NCBI RefSeq assembly: GCF_001194135.2
Contig: NC_068989.1
Coordinates: 25,841,115 to 25,905,114, forward strand
DNA: 64,000 nucleotides
Source of the DNA: Octopus bimaculoides
Lineage: Eukaryota
Direction of reading: 5' to 3'
Shown here one piece after another: positions 1-12,430 of the stretch. Numbering within the stretch: position 1 is the stretch's first letter; the number at the start of each line of letters is the position of its first letter. The translations under genes were made by a program, and so were the position numbers. Under the pieces are notes generated by a model. It ran no database searches, was not told where the DNA came from, and saw only the letters and a list, made by a program, of their open reading frames with translations.

Positions 1-2030
1 TACCACTTTCAGGAAGGTTGTCTCCAGAGAGATAGTTCGGATATTTCAGTGTGCAGTGGAACAGACATTACGATGTCTTCATTAGTGATGGAGGTTGAGT
101 TCAACACGGCTTCAAAGTGATATTTCCATCGTTTTGTCAGTCAGCTGTGTCTCTCTCTATTCGATGAAAAAGTAGAAGTAACACCGTGCTCTGGATGACC
201 ATACGCTTTCTTGAGGCCATGATAAAAAGCTTAGAATCCTTTCTGCCTGAAGCTTCTTGGAGTTCAGTAGCCTTGAAAGACCACCAAGCCACCTTCATCT
301 GAACCAGAGCATCTTTGTCTTGGAGGCATTCTCTTTTCTGGATGAGGTCTTATCCAAGTTTTGTGAGAGCTGTGCATTTTATCTATCAATATTTTTGAAC
401 AGGAAGTCCAAAACATCTACAGATGCAGAGTACGTTGCATCACGGTGAGCCTTCGAGGATGATTCTATGTCATCATTGATATCAACAGTGTTGAGTGCAA
501 TGTTCAACTTGATAGAGAGCCCAGCCTACTTTTCAATAGTTTTCAAAGGCAGAACATTAATGCGCTTAGGCACTGATCACTTTTGAAGTGTTGTGCGTTT
601 CAGATAGAACCTAATCTTACTATGAAGAAGAGAACGGTCAGAGAGATAGCAGGCGTTCTGAAAGAAACGCGTAATGTTAAGTCCCAAATTTCGTTTCTTA
701 GTCTTTGGGATGCCAATCCTTTGATCTAGAATGTATCCAAGTCGTATAGCAACAACTTCGCTGTTGAAAAAAGGTATTTGTTATGCTTAGAATGAATTCC
801 CTGCATATGGTGAAAACATGCAGACCGCTAGTGTTCGTTCAACCTACACCATAGCGACCGAGTATACCCTACCATGCCTGATAGTCAGTACCAACGTGAG
901 CATTAAAGTCGCCCTTAAGGATAAGTTTATCCCTATGGTGACAGCTGGAGGTGACATCATGGAATTGGTTGTAAAATTCATCCTTTTCCTGTTCACTGCT
1001 GTCCATGGTTGGGGCATAGCAACTGACAAGCATAACACGAGTGCTGTAATGAAATCCCAACGTTAGTGACATGATGCGATCAGAAAATGTTTGGGTAGAG
1101 AAAGAAGGGATCTAGCTATTTGTGTTTTAATGGCAAAACCAACTCCAGAGTGGCGTGGCTCGTCTTCATTTGTTCCACAACAGAAGAAATATGCATCCAA
1201 CCTTTACTTTTTTCTAACTGTGATGATCCTGCAAGACGAGTTTCTCTAGGTGCAACTATGTCAATGTTGTATTATTTTAGGTCAAGTGCAACAAGTGCTG
1301 TTTTTCGTCCTAGAGCTGAGTAATTGTTTTGGAGAGTGCGCACATTCGAAGAGCCACGGTTAATATTCATAGATGTCATCGTGTTTCGACTGTTTTACTG
1401 TATAACCAGACAGCTACAACAGACTGATAAGTTTAAGGTGAGTAAGTAATGATTTCCATGTTAGGAAAGCAGTGCTGTATCTAAATAGACCTGTATTGTC
1501 ACCAATAGATGACGTGGACAGCACTGTTACTCACAGTTGCTGGAACGGCCATCTCTCAGTGATTGCTGACTGTAGAAATCCAGCAAGTCTTTTCCAGTAA
1601 TAACTTGTACCTCTCCCTGCCGCTTTCACTCTCTCGCCAGAAGACTCTGGGATTTTCGTCAAGTTGAAGCTACGTCGTATTGAATGAATACATGCAAATA
1701 GTCAGAAAAGCCACATACACGATTGGATTTGAGTGTTGAAGGCTTGTGTAGAAGTGATGACAGCAAGAAAATGGTGCACATATGTGCCGCAATGACAAGG
1801 ACAACACGCCCCAGGTTTTTTCTTCAGATGTTTCCATCTACTAAACGAGCCGCTATAAAGAAGCTGGAGAGCCTAGTTTACTCCATGAGTCAGAGTTTTC
1901 TGACAGTACAGCCTTGTTAAGGAGACCCTCACCAACCAAAGACCTAGTCTTATATCAGTATTTCCGTCTCCTAGATGGGATGCATTCACCACGGTTAAGG
2001 AGCGACATCTGCCCCCTAAGGTACGGGATT
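1..2030 (-). mobile_element. RTE-clade LINE, 5' portion (5' UTR, AP endonuclease, linker), degenerate; runs off the window start
   Basis: ORF 869-1072 reads VSCYAPTMDSSEQEKDEFY...LILKGDFNAHVG, an APE motif set typical of RTE/BovB. Minus-strand WWSFKATELQEA near 250-290 matches the RTE linker. 1880-2030 resembles an RTE 5' UTR (gggcagatg...catctaggaga on the minus strand). Many stops and frameshifts. Confidence 0.85.
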
Positions 2031-2723
2031 AAATACATCAGAAAAAAAAGTATATACACAAACACACATATATAGTTGGATGGCCGTTGACTACTCATGA
2101 GTTCCTCCGCACTTTATGATAAGTTGTACTTGGTTACATGTTACCAGTAACAAACAAGACCGACAAATAGATTCCAAAATGATTCAAAAATAGAATTTTC
2201 GAAAACAATAGATTCCACAATTTAAAGACGGAATAAATTCTAAAATAAAAAAAAACGGTGGGAGCTTTTNNNNNNNNNNNNNNNNNNNNNNNNNNNNNNN
2301 NNNNNNNNNNNNNNNNNNNNNNNNNNNNNNNNNNNNNNNNNNNNNNNNNNNNNNNNNNNNNNNNNNNNNNNNNNNNNNNNNNNNNNNNNNNNNNNNNNNN
2401 NNNNNNNNNNNNNNNNNNNNNNNNNNNNNNNNNNNNNNNNNNNNNNNNNNNNNNNNNNNNNNNNNNNNNNNNNNNNNNNNNNNNNNNNNNNNNNNNNNNN
2501 NNNNNNNNNNNNNNNNNNNNNNNNNNNNNNNNNNNNNNNNNNNNNNNNNNNNNNNNNNNNNNNNNNNNNNNNNNNNNNNNNNNNNNNNNNNNNNNNNNNN
2601 NNNNNNNNNNNNNNNNNNNNNNNNNNNNNNNNNNNNNNNNNNNNNNNNNNNNNNNNNNNNNNNNNNNNNNNNNNNNNNNNNNNNNNNNNNNNNNNNNNNN
2701 NNNNNNNNNNNNNNNNNNNNNNN

Positions 2724-2769
<46 letters not shown>

Positions 2770-3068
2770 GGTGCCGAAGCACTCCTCGCTCTAATGTTCG
2801 AATGCTATAGAGAAAAGCCTAGGGACACAATTTGAAGGACAGCTGTAAGAGTCGACAAACTCGGAACATCGAAGTCTGAGATTACTGATAAATGGTGACA
2901 CTGAATAGACCGGGTGTTTTGATACCTTTAACATAAGAGAAATATGTTCTCTATTGCATTTGCCTTTTAGCAGTTGAAATATGTCACAAACATATTTTAA
3001 CATAAATCTAAGTTTTGCTTATGCCTAAACACTGCTTGGCGTTACATTTCGTTATATATATATTTATA

Positions 3069-3260
3069 GGCACGGGAGTAGCTAGTTGGTGAGTAGCTTG
3101 TTTACCAACCACCTGGTTCCAGGTTCAGTCCCACTGCGTGACACCTTGAGCAAGTGTCTTCTATTATAGCCTCAGATCGACCAAACTTTGTGAGTGGATT
3201 TGGTAGACAGGAACTGAAAGAAGCCCGTCGAATATAGATATGTGTATGGGTGTTTGCGCG
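3069..3260 (+). mobile_element. tRNA-derived SINE (family 1, CORE-like centre), 5' half
   Basis: A/B-box-like head (ggttccaggttcagtccc) followed by gacaccttgagcaagtgtcttctattatagcctc. Near-identical to the copy at 36398. Confidence 0.8.
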
Positions 3261-3289
3261 TCTGTGTGTATGTTTGTGTGTGTGATCTC

Positions 3290-3855
3290 GGCATCGTCGG
3301 AAAACTTGGAGAGTGGCTACTATACTTTCTAAAAGACAGACCAGGGTAGTAGTGGCTAATGGAACCACCTCAAAGGAAACACAAATAGTAAGGGGTGATC
3401 CACAGGGCACGGTCTTAGGGCTACTGTTATTTATAGTAGAGATATATATTTGATATATATGATATATATTTAGAAAATCCTGGAAGGTCTTTACCAGGCT
3501 TTGGCATTGAAAGTTACACAAACAGCAAAACAGGACGCCACTGCATAGTTCCAAAGATCTCACTAGTGCCATCAAAATACAGGACCAGATACTGCAACAG
3601 CTTGGCTATCAAGGGCCCACAATATCATTCCAATATGCCTGAGAGACCTACATGGTGTGGATGTAGGTGTCTTCAAAACAAAACTGAATCTCCTCCTGTG
3701 AAGGGTTCCAGATGAGCCCAGCTTACGACAGGTAACACGACACCATCAAACTCCCTGGTTCATCAAATGCCAAATATCACAGGAGGTTTACAAAAATGGA
3801 GGAGTAGCACAGCCAACATGCATTACAGCAGATTTCAGCTGAAACAAATTAAAGA
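3290..3855 (+). mobile_element. CR1/L2-type LINE remnant (RT fragment joined to the 3' end, internally deleted)
   Basis: GIVGKLGEWLLYFLKD...VANGTTSKETQIVRGDPQGTVLGLLLFI matches the RT GVPQGxVLGP motif. It is followed by C-terminal GRHCIVPK...VFKTKLNLLL*RVPDEP. Confidence 0.75.
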
Positions 3856-4973
3856 GTGTATATATATATATATATATATACACAAGAGAAAAAGGCCAGG
3901 TCAGTTCCTTCTCAATTTTATTCGATTGTCAAAGAATATGTATGAGAATATGTATATGTATATGTATTTTTCCATATGTGTATTTTCATACACTGTTTTT
4001 AACACTGTTTTTAACAATTTCACCTTAATATGACAATCAGTATGTAACACTACAAAGTTCATACAAAGCTTTATACTTTAAATATATTTTATCATCAAAG
4101 AATGTATATATGCATTTTAATACTCAGACTGTTTTTTAACATTTTTTATTATTCTCANNNNNNNNNNNNNNNNNNNNNNNNNNNNNNNNNNNNNNNNNNN
4201 NNNNNNNNNNNNNNNNNNNNNNNNNNNNNNNNNNNNNNNNNNNNNNNNNNNNNNNNNNNNNNNNNNNNNNNNNNNNNNNNNNNNNNNNNNNNNNNNNNNN
4301 NNNNNNNNNNNNNNNNNNNNNNNNNNNNNNNNNNNNNNNNNNNNNNNNNNNNNNNNNNNNNNNNNNNNNNNNNNNNNNNNNNNNNNNNNNNNNNNNNNNN
4401 NNNNNNNNNNNNNNNNNNNNNNNNNNNNNNNNNNNNNNNNNNNNNNNNNNNNNNNNNNNNNNNNNNNNNNNNNNNNNNNNNNNNNNNNNNNNNNNNNNNN
4501 NNNNNNNNNNNNNNNNNNNNNNNNNNNNNNNNNNNNNNNNNNNNNNNNNNNNNNNNNNNNNNNNNNNNNNNNNNNNNNNNNNNNNNNNNNNNNNNNNNNN
4601 NNNNNNNNNNNNNNNNNNNNNNNNNNNNNNNNNNNNNNNNNNNNNNNNNNNNNNNNNNNNNNNNNNNNNNNNNNNNNNNNNNNNNNNNNNNNNNNNNNNN
4701 NNNNNNNNNNNNNNNNNNNNNNNNNNNNNNNNNNNNNNNNNNNNNNNNNNNNNTGTTTCAAATAGAAAATAGAAACTACATGTGGAAAAGATATGGGGAA
4801 AGTTAAAAGAAAAGAAACCGAAAATTCACTTTGGATATCAAACAAATAAAGGCTTTTTTTTATGACAAGTAACGATAAATATATACAATTACATGAACTA
4901 AGGTAGAATTAAGAGGAATAAAAGTCATTATTGTGAATTGTTAAAGAGATTCAAATTCGTACCGGTATCGTCA

Positions 4974-5159
4974 ATTGCTGTTCACTGGCTTTGAATACAA
5001 ACCGATTACCAAATGTTGTTGGGTCTACTACTCCCTGAGTAAAAAGATTACGTGTAATGGAGATAAGTAGTTCTGGACCCGGTGCAATTAGGCTAGATAT
5101 AATACTGTAATATTACAACACTGGTAATCGGTGCGCATTCAAAGCCAGTGATCAGCAAT
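4974..5159. mobile_element. MITE-like element with ~45-bp imperfect terminal inverted repeats
   Basis: attgctgttcactggctttgaatacaaaccgattaccaaatgttgt (from 4974) is the imperfect reverse complement of acaacactggtaatcggtgcgcattcaaagccagtgatcagcaat (5115-5159). Confidence 0.6.
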
Positions 5160-5802
5160 AATAATAAAGCATTTATTAGTATTAAGTTAAAATAGTATTA
5201 AGTGAAAAAATACCTTCATGATCACAAATTACTGATGTCCATTGGCTTTGATTGAAATATTAGTGAGTTTATTTGGACCGTCTATTTAAGCAAATCTGTT
5301 GTTTGTAGCATTCGAATCTAAACTGATGAGCATTTCAACGCAATAAAATTCAGATCTTGCCGTCCATGCACGATAAGAGGGATCCAAATCTGTTTTTCTT
5401 TTTCCATTAAATATCTCCAGTCTCGAAGTTCATATTCGATTGTTACTCTGTTGATATCTATCCTTTTTACTGTGACCATGCTATCGGGTTGTCTTTCCTA
5501 ACACTTAATTTCACTCAGTATTTACTTTCTATCTTGTTTTCACTGAGCTTTGCTATTTTCTCTCCCACTTCTGATATAAATTTCTGTCCTTTCGTTTTTT
5601 AAATTTCTCTTTTTCATACCTGCCTTTCTTTTCCTTAGTTACTCTTCCTTCATCCTGCTGCAAACATCCCCGCTGCGGTGTAATTACCAGGACCTTCATT
5701 CCCATTCTTTCGTATTGAAATTTTCATCGACAGCAGGTGCCTTCTAATCCTCTACTTTTCCACGTGTTAACACCAGACAAAAGTTTCTTCTTTCGTTTCT
5801 CT

Positions 5803-5904
5803 CACGCTCTCTCTCTCTTCCTTCCGTCCCTCTCCCCACGCGCACACACACACGCGCATACACACACGCGCATACACACACGCGCACATACACAAGCACT
5901 AGCA

Positions 5905-5969
<65 letters not shown>

Positions 5970-5970
5970 G
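5803..5970. repeat. Compound (CT)n/(CA)n microsatellite
   Basis: Visible dinucleotide runs. They explain the low-complexity ORFs at 5737-6040. Confidence 0.95.
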
Positions 5971-6103
5971 TACACAATATTATACACAGGAACATGTATA
6001 CATATATACAGATAGATATCAATTTGCATTCAGAACACATTCACAGACGTTGGCACCTATAATTTTACTATTCAATATTTAAAATTAATATCTAATATTT
6101 TGC

Positions 6104-6195
6104 TCCCACCACCGCTTGATAACTAGTGTTGGTGTGTTTAAGTTCTCTAACTTAAGCGGTTCAATAAAAGAGGCCAATAAAAAGTACCAGGCCTA
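6104..6195 (+). mobile_element. Family-1 SINE 3' fragment, degenerate
   Basis: accgcttgataactagtgttggtgtgttta...cttaagcggttc aligns by eye to 36660-36740. Confidence 0.5.
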
Positions 6196-7218
6196 CAAAA
6201 GAAAGAACTGGTGTCGTTTTGTACAATTAAAATTCTGATGACAGTAAAATATAAAAGAACCACTAAATTCCTTAAAACTGTAATCTATGGGAGGTAACTC
6301 TTGCACTGTGTCGTGAAAACCTCTAACGGTCGCTTTACGTGCTAGTAATAGCAAACCAATTGCTTTTAAACCGGATTCCAATGGTTGATGTTCAAGAAAC
6401 AGATGAAGGGCAGAGTTTCAATCCTGCCAAGTTCCTGATTCCAAAAAGCTATAATATGTATATGTAGAACAAATATAAACTTAGGTACAGGGTCTCACTC
6501 CAACAGACAAAATTTCGCGTATATTAATATATATATTTATTTATATTTATATATACATATATGTATACACGCACAAACACTCACACGCACGTCCTCACGC
6601 ACATATACAAACACACACACATACATATACACACTATTAGAATTTTCTGAAATAAAACTTTTTTGTTAATATATAGCGTCATATTCAAGAGAGCTAATAT
6701 CGACAACTTGAATTTAATAAAAATAACTTATTGACAGTTATACAAAGCAACCTTCAATAGCATTGTTTGATTATTATCTTTTCAAATTTATGACTGATCC
6801 AAAGGAAATAGTTTCCATTCCCTTCTCTATACCAACGTTATTTGCATATGAAATCTAATATTATTTCGAATTTGTAATGAAAAAAAGGTTCTTCCTTCTA
6901 AACCAGATCATGGGCTTAATTTCTCCGGTTTGAAATAATTCCTAAGAGATAAATCACATCATGTAGAAATTTTGCATTATGCATCCATTATATTTCTGAT
7001 GCTATTTATAAATATAATGCTATATCGTTCTCACATAGTGGAAATATAGAATTAAAACTTTCATTTTCATCAACTACTTCCTCTACGGAACAACAAATTA
7101 GTGAACATAATCGCTGATAACGTGTAAAGTGTCACATAGAGTATACCTGTAGGATGTGATCTCAATAATGCTTTTCTTATGTATAGATTATATCATATCA
7201 AATTATATTATAGTACAT

Positions 7219-7266
<48 letters not shown>

Positions 7267-7552
7267 NNNNNNNNNNNNNNNNNNNNNNNNNNNNNNNNNN
7301 NNNNNNNNNNNNNNNNNNNNNNNNNNNNNNNNNNNNNNNNNNNNNNNNNNNNNNNNNNNNNNNNNNNNNNNNNNNNNNNNNNNNNNNNNNNNNNNNNNNN
7401 NNNNNNNNNNNNNNNNNNNNNNNNNNNNNNNNNNNNNNNNNNNNNNNNNNNNNNNNNNNNNNNNNNNNNNNNNNNNNNNNNNNNNNNNNNNNNNNNNNNN
7501 NNNNNNNNNNNNNNNNNNNNNNNNNNNNNNNNNNNNNNNNNNNNNNNNNNNN

Positions 7553-7585
<33 letters not shown>

Positions 7586-9944
7586 CATACATACATATAT
7601 ATATGCGTGTGTGTGTGTGTGTGTATGTGTATGTATACATACATATATGTGTAAGTGTTTGTGTTTATGTATGTGTATTTGTGTATCTGTGTGTGCGTTT
7701 TTGTGTGTATGTGTATGTGTTGTGTGTGTTTGTGTGTGTTTATATATGTATGTATGTATCTATATGTATATAATATACACACACATACACACATAAATGT
7801 ATATAACACGCACAGTAGACGCCCACAAACGCACATATATGCTCTCTCTCTCTTACACATATGTATTCAAAATCTTTATTGCCCGAAGAACGTCGCAATT
7901 CATGTAACCCTTAGCAGCTTATGCTGTAAATCAGTAATACTGAACGAGTAAGGAAAATGATGTGTGTATGCTTATTTTCATATGTGTGAAGAATAGTCAT
8001 AAAACACGTTGATGCGTAAGAAATAAAATTTTTGTATCCCAAAAAACTCGTAACTAAAAAAACGAAAATAATAATCTTATTGAAACATCGTGTAGTTGAC
8101 ATCGATAAATATTTGATGAAACGACGCAATGAAGTGTTTAATAGAAGAGCTCTATATTCTTTGAGGGGTTAATAATGGCAAAATATCGGTCGTTCTTCAG
8201 ATAATAAAACTGAAATCTTGTCCATGTCTTCTATAAATTCATGTTCAGGAGATGTGCCCCTATTTTAGATGGGAACTCTCCAATGAGTTACAACGACCAT
8301 CGTTTTTCTGTAATGCATAATTTATTTTAGAGTTTTGCAGCTTCTCATATGCTTTAATTTTTATATAGTTGAAATTATTGAATGTCATTCGGCTGATATA
8401 ATTCAAATGCCGTGGGTTCATGTAATATATCTTACTGTATCCATTTCCATTTATTTTGCATGAATACAAACATAAGCCCACACATATACACATGTTTAAT
8501 GACGCAGAAGAATTTATTTCCATCAAAATGATAGCCTTTGAATAGTTACTTATGATGAAAAAAATTCATGGATCCTATTAATCTAATCTAATACAGTATA
8601 GTATCGTATGTCTTTCAGCATTGCGTAATTCATATATATTGAAGCCAATTTGTAGGATGCTACGGTAGCAATTGTTAGTCTATCTCTCTGAAGATTAAGC
8701 TTATCGCTGGTTTCATTTCAGAATACACATTTCAATTTTAAATATCATCATTCTCCTGATGTGATTGCAGAGAAATGCACAATCCTTCTACGAAATACTC
8801 GGTTGTTTGTTGATATATGGCCTTCATTGTTTAGTTTTAAAAATTAATAATTACTTTCAAATTGATGTCTATTGTAAAACAGAAAGAACGTACAGTGTTT
8901 TTTTTTTTTATTTATTGAAAATAGCAAAACGTATTATCATATCGTGCGATATGGGTATATTTTAATATAATTAAAGAGCTGGAGATATTGAAAAATATTC
9001 ACCTAGTCACATATCCAAGACAATAAGAAAGAGGTGAATATATACATTTCTTAATTAGGACAGGTGTAATTAAATTACAATGCCCGAGAAATGCATAGGC
9101 TCGCATATCCCTTTCACTAATAAGTGTGTGAATATTAATATTAGAGTATTCCTCTGCGCCTTCATTGCATATATTTTGACAAAGTATTGGTTTCTACTAT
9201 TTGAAAAATTAAATTAAAAGCGATAGCATTCAAATTGTTTTAAACAAAATATATGTTGCAAAATACTTGAAGAGATTTCTAAGATTAATATAATAAAACG
9301 TAAGTTCAGAGGAACAAAACGAAAACCGTTTGACCACACGAATCTCTCAAAGAAACTCACTGAAATATTTTTGTCTTTTAAATTAGTTCCATAACAATTG
9401 CGAAATTATTACATCAATACCTTTGTTAAAATAATTAATTACGAGAGATATTCCGAAAATAACATGATATTACAATTATATAATCGATGATTAACACTAT
9501 AACCCTTAAATGTTTTCAGTCAATTTTGAATACGATAGAAGCTTGATATTTGTGAGGATATAAGCATGGAGTATATCCATTGCAAGATGCTGATATATGT
9601 GTAGAGGAGTTAAAATATGCTATACATGGACTGCAGTATTATTATAAAATTGCACAGCTTTAGAATAACGGTAATAAAAGGCAAAATCGATATGTAAAAC
9701 AGTAGCCATTAGAGCACAAAAAGGATTTTAAACATTTTAAACGCAGAATTTCCGGTTCAAGTTCCTGAATAAAACTTTATTCTGAAAAGCCATTGTCAAT
9801 TCTCAGAATTTAATTATCGCCTAACCTGTCAATTTTTTCACGTGAGATTAAAATATGTCTGTTTATTTGAGTATATATATTTTTGTGAGATCGTCTATGT
9901 TTGATATATGTGTTTGCAATTAGCTATTTAAGTGTATATCAAAT

Positions 9945-10110
9945 GGAGGCGTGCTGGCAGAGCCGTTAGCACACCATATAAAATAATGAATGCATTTCGT
10001 CTGGCTTTACTTTTTGATTTTAAATTCCACCAAGTTCGACTCTGCCTTTCATCCTTCAGCAGCCAATGAAATAAATACCTATTGAGCACCGATTTACCGA
10101 TAACTAAGAA
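9945..10110 (+). mobile_element. tRNA-derived SINE (family 2, Nin-domain-like), degenerate
   Basis: ggcgtgctggcagagccgttagcac...aaattccaccaagttcgactctgcctttcatcct. Same family as 10434-10815 and 43070-43262. Confidence 0.65.
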
Positions 10111-10433
10111 ATACTCCACTGTTACTTGCGAAAGATACCTTAGTTCCTTAGACACACATTGGCAATTACCTGGTGAGACGTGGCTTATCTGTCCTTATAT
10201 AAAATTTTCTTCTGCTTATGTTAGCTATGGAAGCAATGACGTTTGTACAGTGTCTGTTGCCTACATTAAGATTATTTGTAATAAAATTTATAATATTTAT
10301 AGTGCACATGAAATAATTTAATAATAAGTATGATAAATTGCAGGCAACATTGGAAACAGATGGAAATTATATGAAGTATTATCTATTATCTGTTTTGTTT
10401 CCTATCTATACCAATAAGAACATATTCAATATC

Positions 10434-10630
10434 CTTTTCTACTCTAGACAAGAGGCCCGAAATTTTTGGGGAGGGGGCCAGTTGATTAGATCGACCCCAG
10501 TACGAAACTAGTACTTAATTTATCGACCCCGTAAAGATGAAAGGCAAAGTCGACCTCGGCGGAATTTGAACTCAGGACGTAAAGACGGGCGAAATAGCGC
10601 TAAGCATTTTGTCCGGCGTGCTACCGTTTC
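10434..10630 (-). mobile_element. Family-2 (Nin-like) SINE, outer copy A with tail type A; its extreme 5' end lies at ~12415-12430
   Basis: gatgaaaggcaaagtcgacctcggcggaatttgaactc core. The whole composite is flanked by a 16-bp direct repeat gaacatattcaatatc (10418-10433 and 12432-12447). Confidence 0.85.
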
Positions 10631-10815
10631 TTATTTCTTTATTGTCCACAAGGAGCTAAACATAGAGGGGACAAACAAGGACAGATAAAGGGATTAAGTC
10701 GATTGCATCGACCCCAGTACGTAACTGGTACTTAATTTGCCGACTCCGAATGGTTGAAAGGCAAAGTCGAACTCGGCGGAATTTGAACTCAGAACATCAC
10801 GGCAGACGAAATACC
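10631..10815 (-). mobile_element. Family-2 (Nin-like) SINE, inner copy B with tail type B, interrupted after gacgaaatacc
   Basis: A second core copy directly follows copy A with a different 3' tail (ttatttctttattgtccacaaggagctaaacatagagggg). The sequence resumes at 12371. Confidence 0.85.
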
Positions 10816-12370
10816 AATTTCTCATGCGGGCTAACATAGAGGTGACAAACTAAACATGTGGGACAAAACACGTTTATAGAAATATAAATGAATATTATAA
10901 CGTATGAAGACATGAAAATGATAAAATGGAAACGGAACCTGTCGCCCCACTTACGTGTGGCCTCATTTTCTACTTTTTTTAAATCCTGAACCTTCTAACA
11001 CATCGATACCTGTTTCCTCTAACCACCTATCGTACATAGTAAATTCTGGGAATGAGCTCCAGCTGTAGTCCACATCCCAAAAATAAAATCCGACCATATA
11101 CTCTTGTATTCTTTCCTCCTGCTTCTTACCTGGTATTACACACAAGTGATATTCCTCCACGTTATCATACCCCGCAGTTCCAATACACTTTATGTCCCAT
11201 TCCGCCGTATCCCTTAAGAGTTCGTCGCTAAGCAACATATAAATCCTACACTTTTTCCTTCTCTTTTTTGACTTGGTTTTGGGTTTCTTTGTATGTTTGC
11301 CTCTTGTTTTTGTGTCGGATGGGAACAGATAGGCCTAGTGTCTGCATGGAGTGGGTGGGTCTGAGAGGGTGTGGGTGGGATGGGTCTGAAATATGGTTTA
11401 CAGTTTAGCTCCCTTGCCTTTTTTCATTTTTTTCCGGTCACATTTTCCCATTTATTTTTTCCTATTTCCGCTACTTCCTTTTCTTTTTCGGTTTCTTCCT
11501 TTCTGCGACTCCCTTCTATCTTATCTTCCGTCATAATTATTTTTTCCATAATTATTGTTTCCGTAATCTTTTCCACCGTTTCTTTTGAACCTTGGACTAT
11601 CAACTCCAGTGATTGACCTCCTCAGTTGACGCACTCTTTTTTCTTGGCCTGGAGCACCACTATGTTGTCCTCATTACCAAAACGGACCGCGTCTGCCACC
11701 CAGGTCACTTCGATCTCCGGTGGGATTCATTCAACCGTGACCCTCGTTGCTCTCATGCCTCTATACGTGGGCAACATCACCACTTCTTCGCTCCGAATTC
11801 TTGACGCTGCATATTTCCTTGCTGCTGCTGCATTACGAAACCTCACTTCTACTGTTTCAAATGTTGAACCCCTAGTCAGGTATATTATGTCTTCCCAAAT
11901 CTGCTTTAACGCCTTCTCTATTTGTTCTGTTGTGACGACATCTATTCTTCCTTTATTTATCGAAAAGTTTCGATAGCTTATCGACTTTTCCCTTAATCCG
12001 TCTTTAACCTCTTCCGGGGACGACAGCTTCACTTCAAACCCATCTCGGTTCATTTCTTCTTTGTGTCTTCCCAATCCCCTAATGTCCCCTTGTGATTCCT
12101 TGCACCTAGCTACATCAGCAAAACTCCACTTCTCTTTTATCAGTTTCTGGTCCATTGTCTTAACTGCCTCCAACAACTCCTCCTCGGACGATGACATGTC
12201 TGAGTAACTATAACTGTCTTCAAACATTCTTCAACCAGCTGTCTCTTCTTTTACGAGAAGAGAAAGTTCAAACAAATCACACACGTAAACACCCAAACCG
12301 CTGCGAAGCAGCACAAAACACTATTTAAAAAAATCACCACGTAATAACTTCCCAGAGATCTAATTCACAG
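10816..12370 (-). mobile_element. ORF1-only non-autonomous non-LTR retroposon (half-L1/HAL1-like; L1/Tx1-type ORF1), 1555 bp
   Basis: Bounded by the 12-bp direct repeat agacgaaatacc (10804-10815 and 12371-12382). It contains a short 5' UTR, a disrupted ORF1-like frame (12227-10963) and a short 3' UTR. No endonuclease or RT sequence. Confidence 0.7.
10963..12227 (-). pseudogene. Disrupted ORF1 (gag-like nucleic-acid-binding protein) of the inserted retroposon
   Basis: The 166-aa ORF 11727-12227 continues in frame through TGA codons (RVTVE*IPPEIEVTWVADAVRF...ECVN*GGQSLELIVQ) into a K/E-rich region, then after further stops or frameshifts into ORF 10963-11238. The assignment to L1/Tx1 ORF1 is an inference from architecture and the RVTVExIPPE motif. 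Confidence 0.6.
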
Positions 12371-12430
12371 AGACGAAATACCGCTAAGCATTTCGCCCGG
12401 CGTGCTAACGTTTCAGCCAGGTGGCCGCCT
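12371..12430 (-). mobile_element. 5' tRNA-like head of the interrupted family-2 SINE(s)
   Basis: agacgaaataccgctaagcatttcgcccggcgtgctaacgtttcagccaggtggccgcc. Matches the uninterrupted head at ~43205-43260. Confidence 0.85.
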
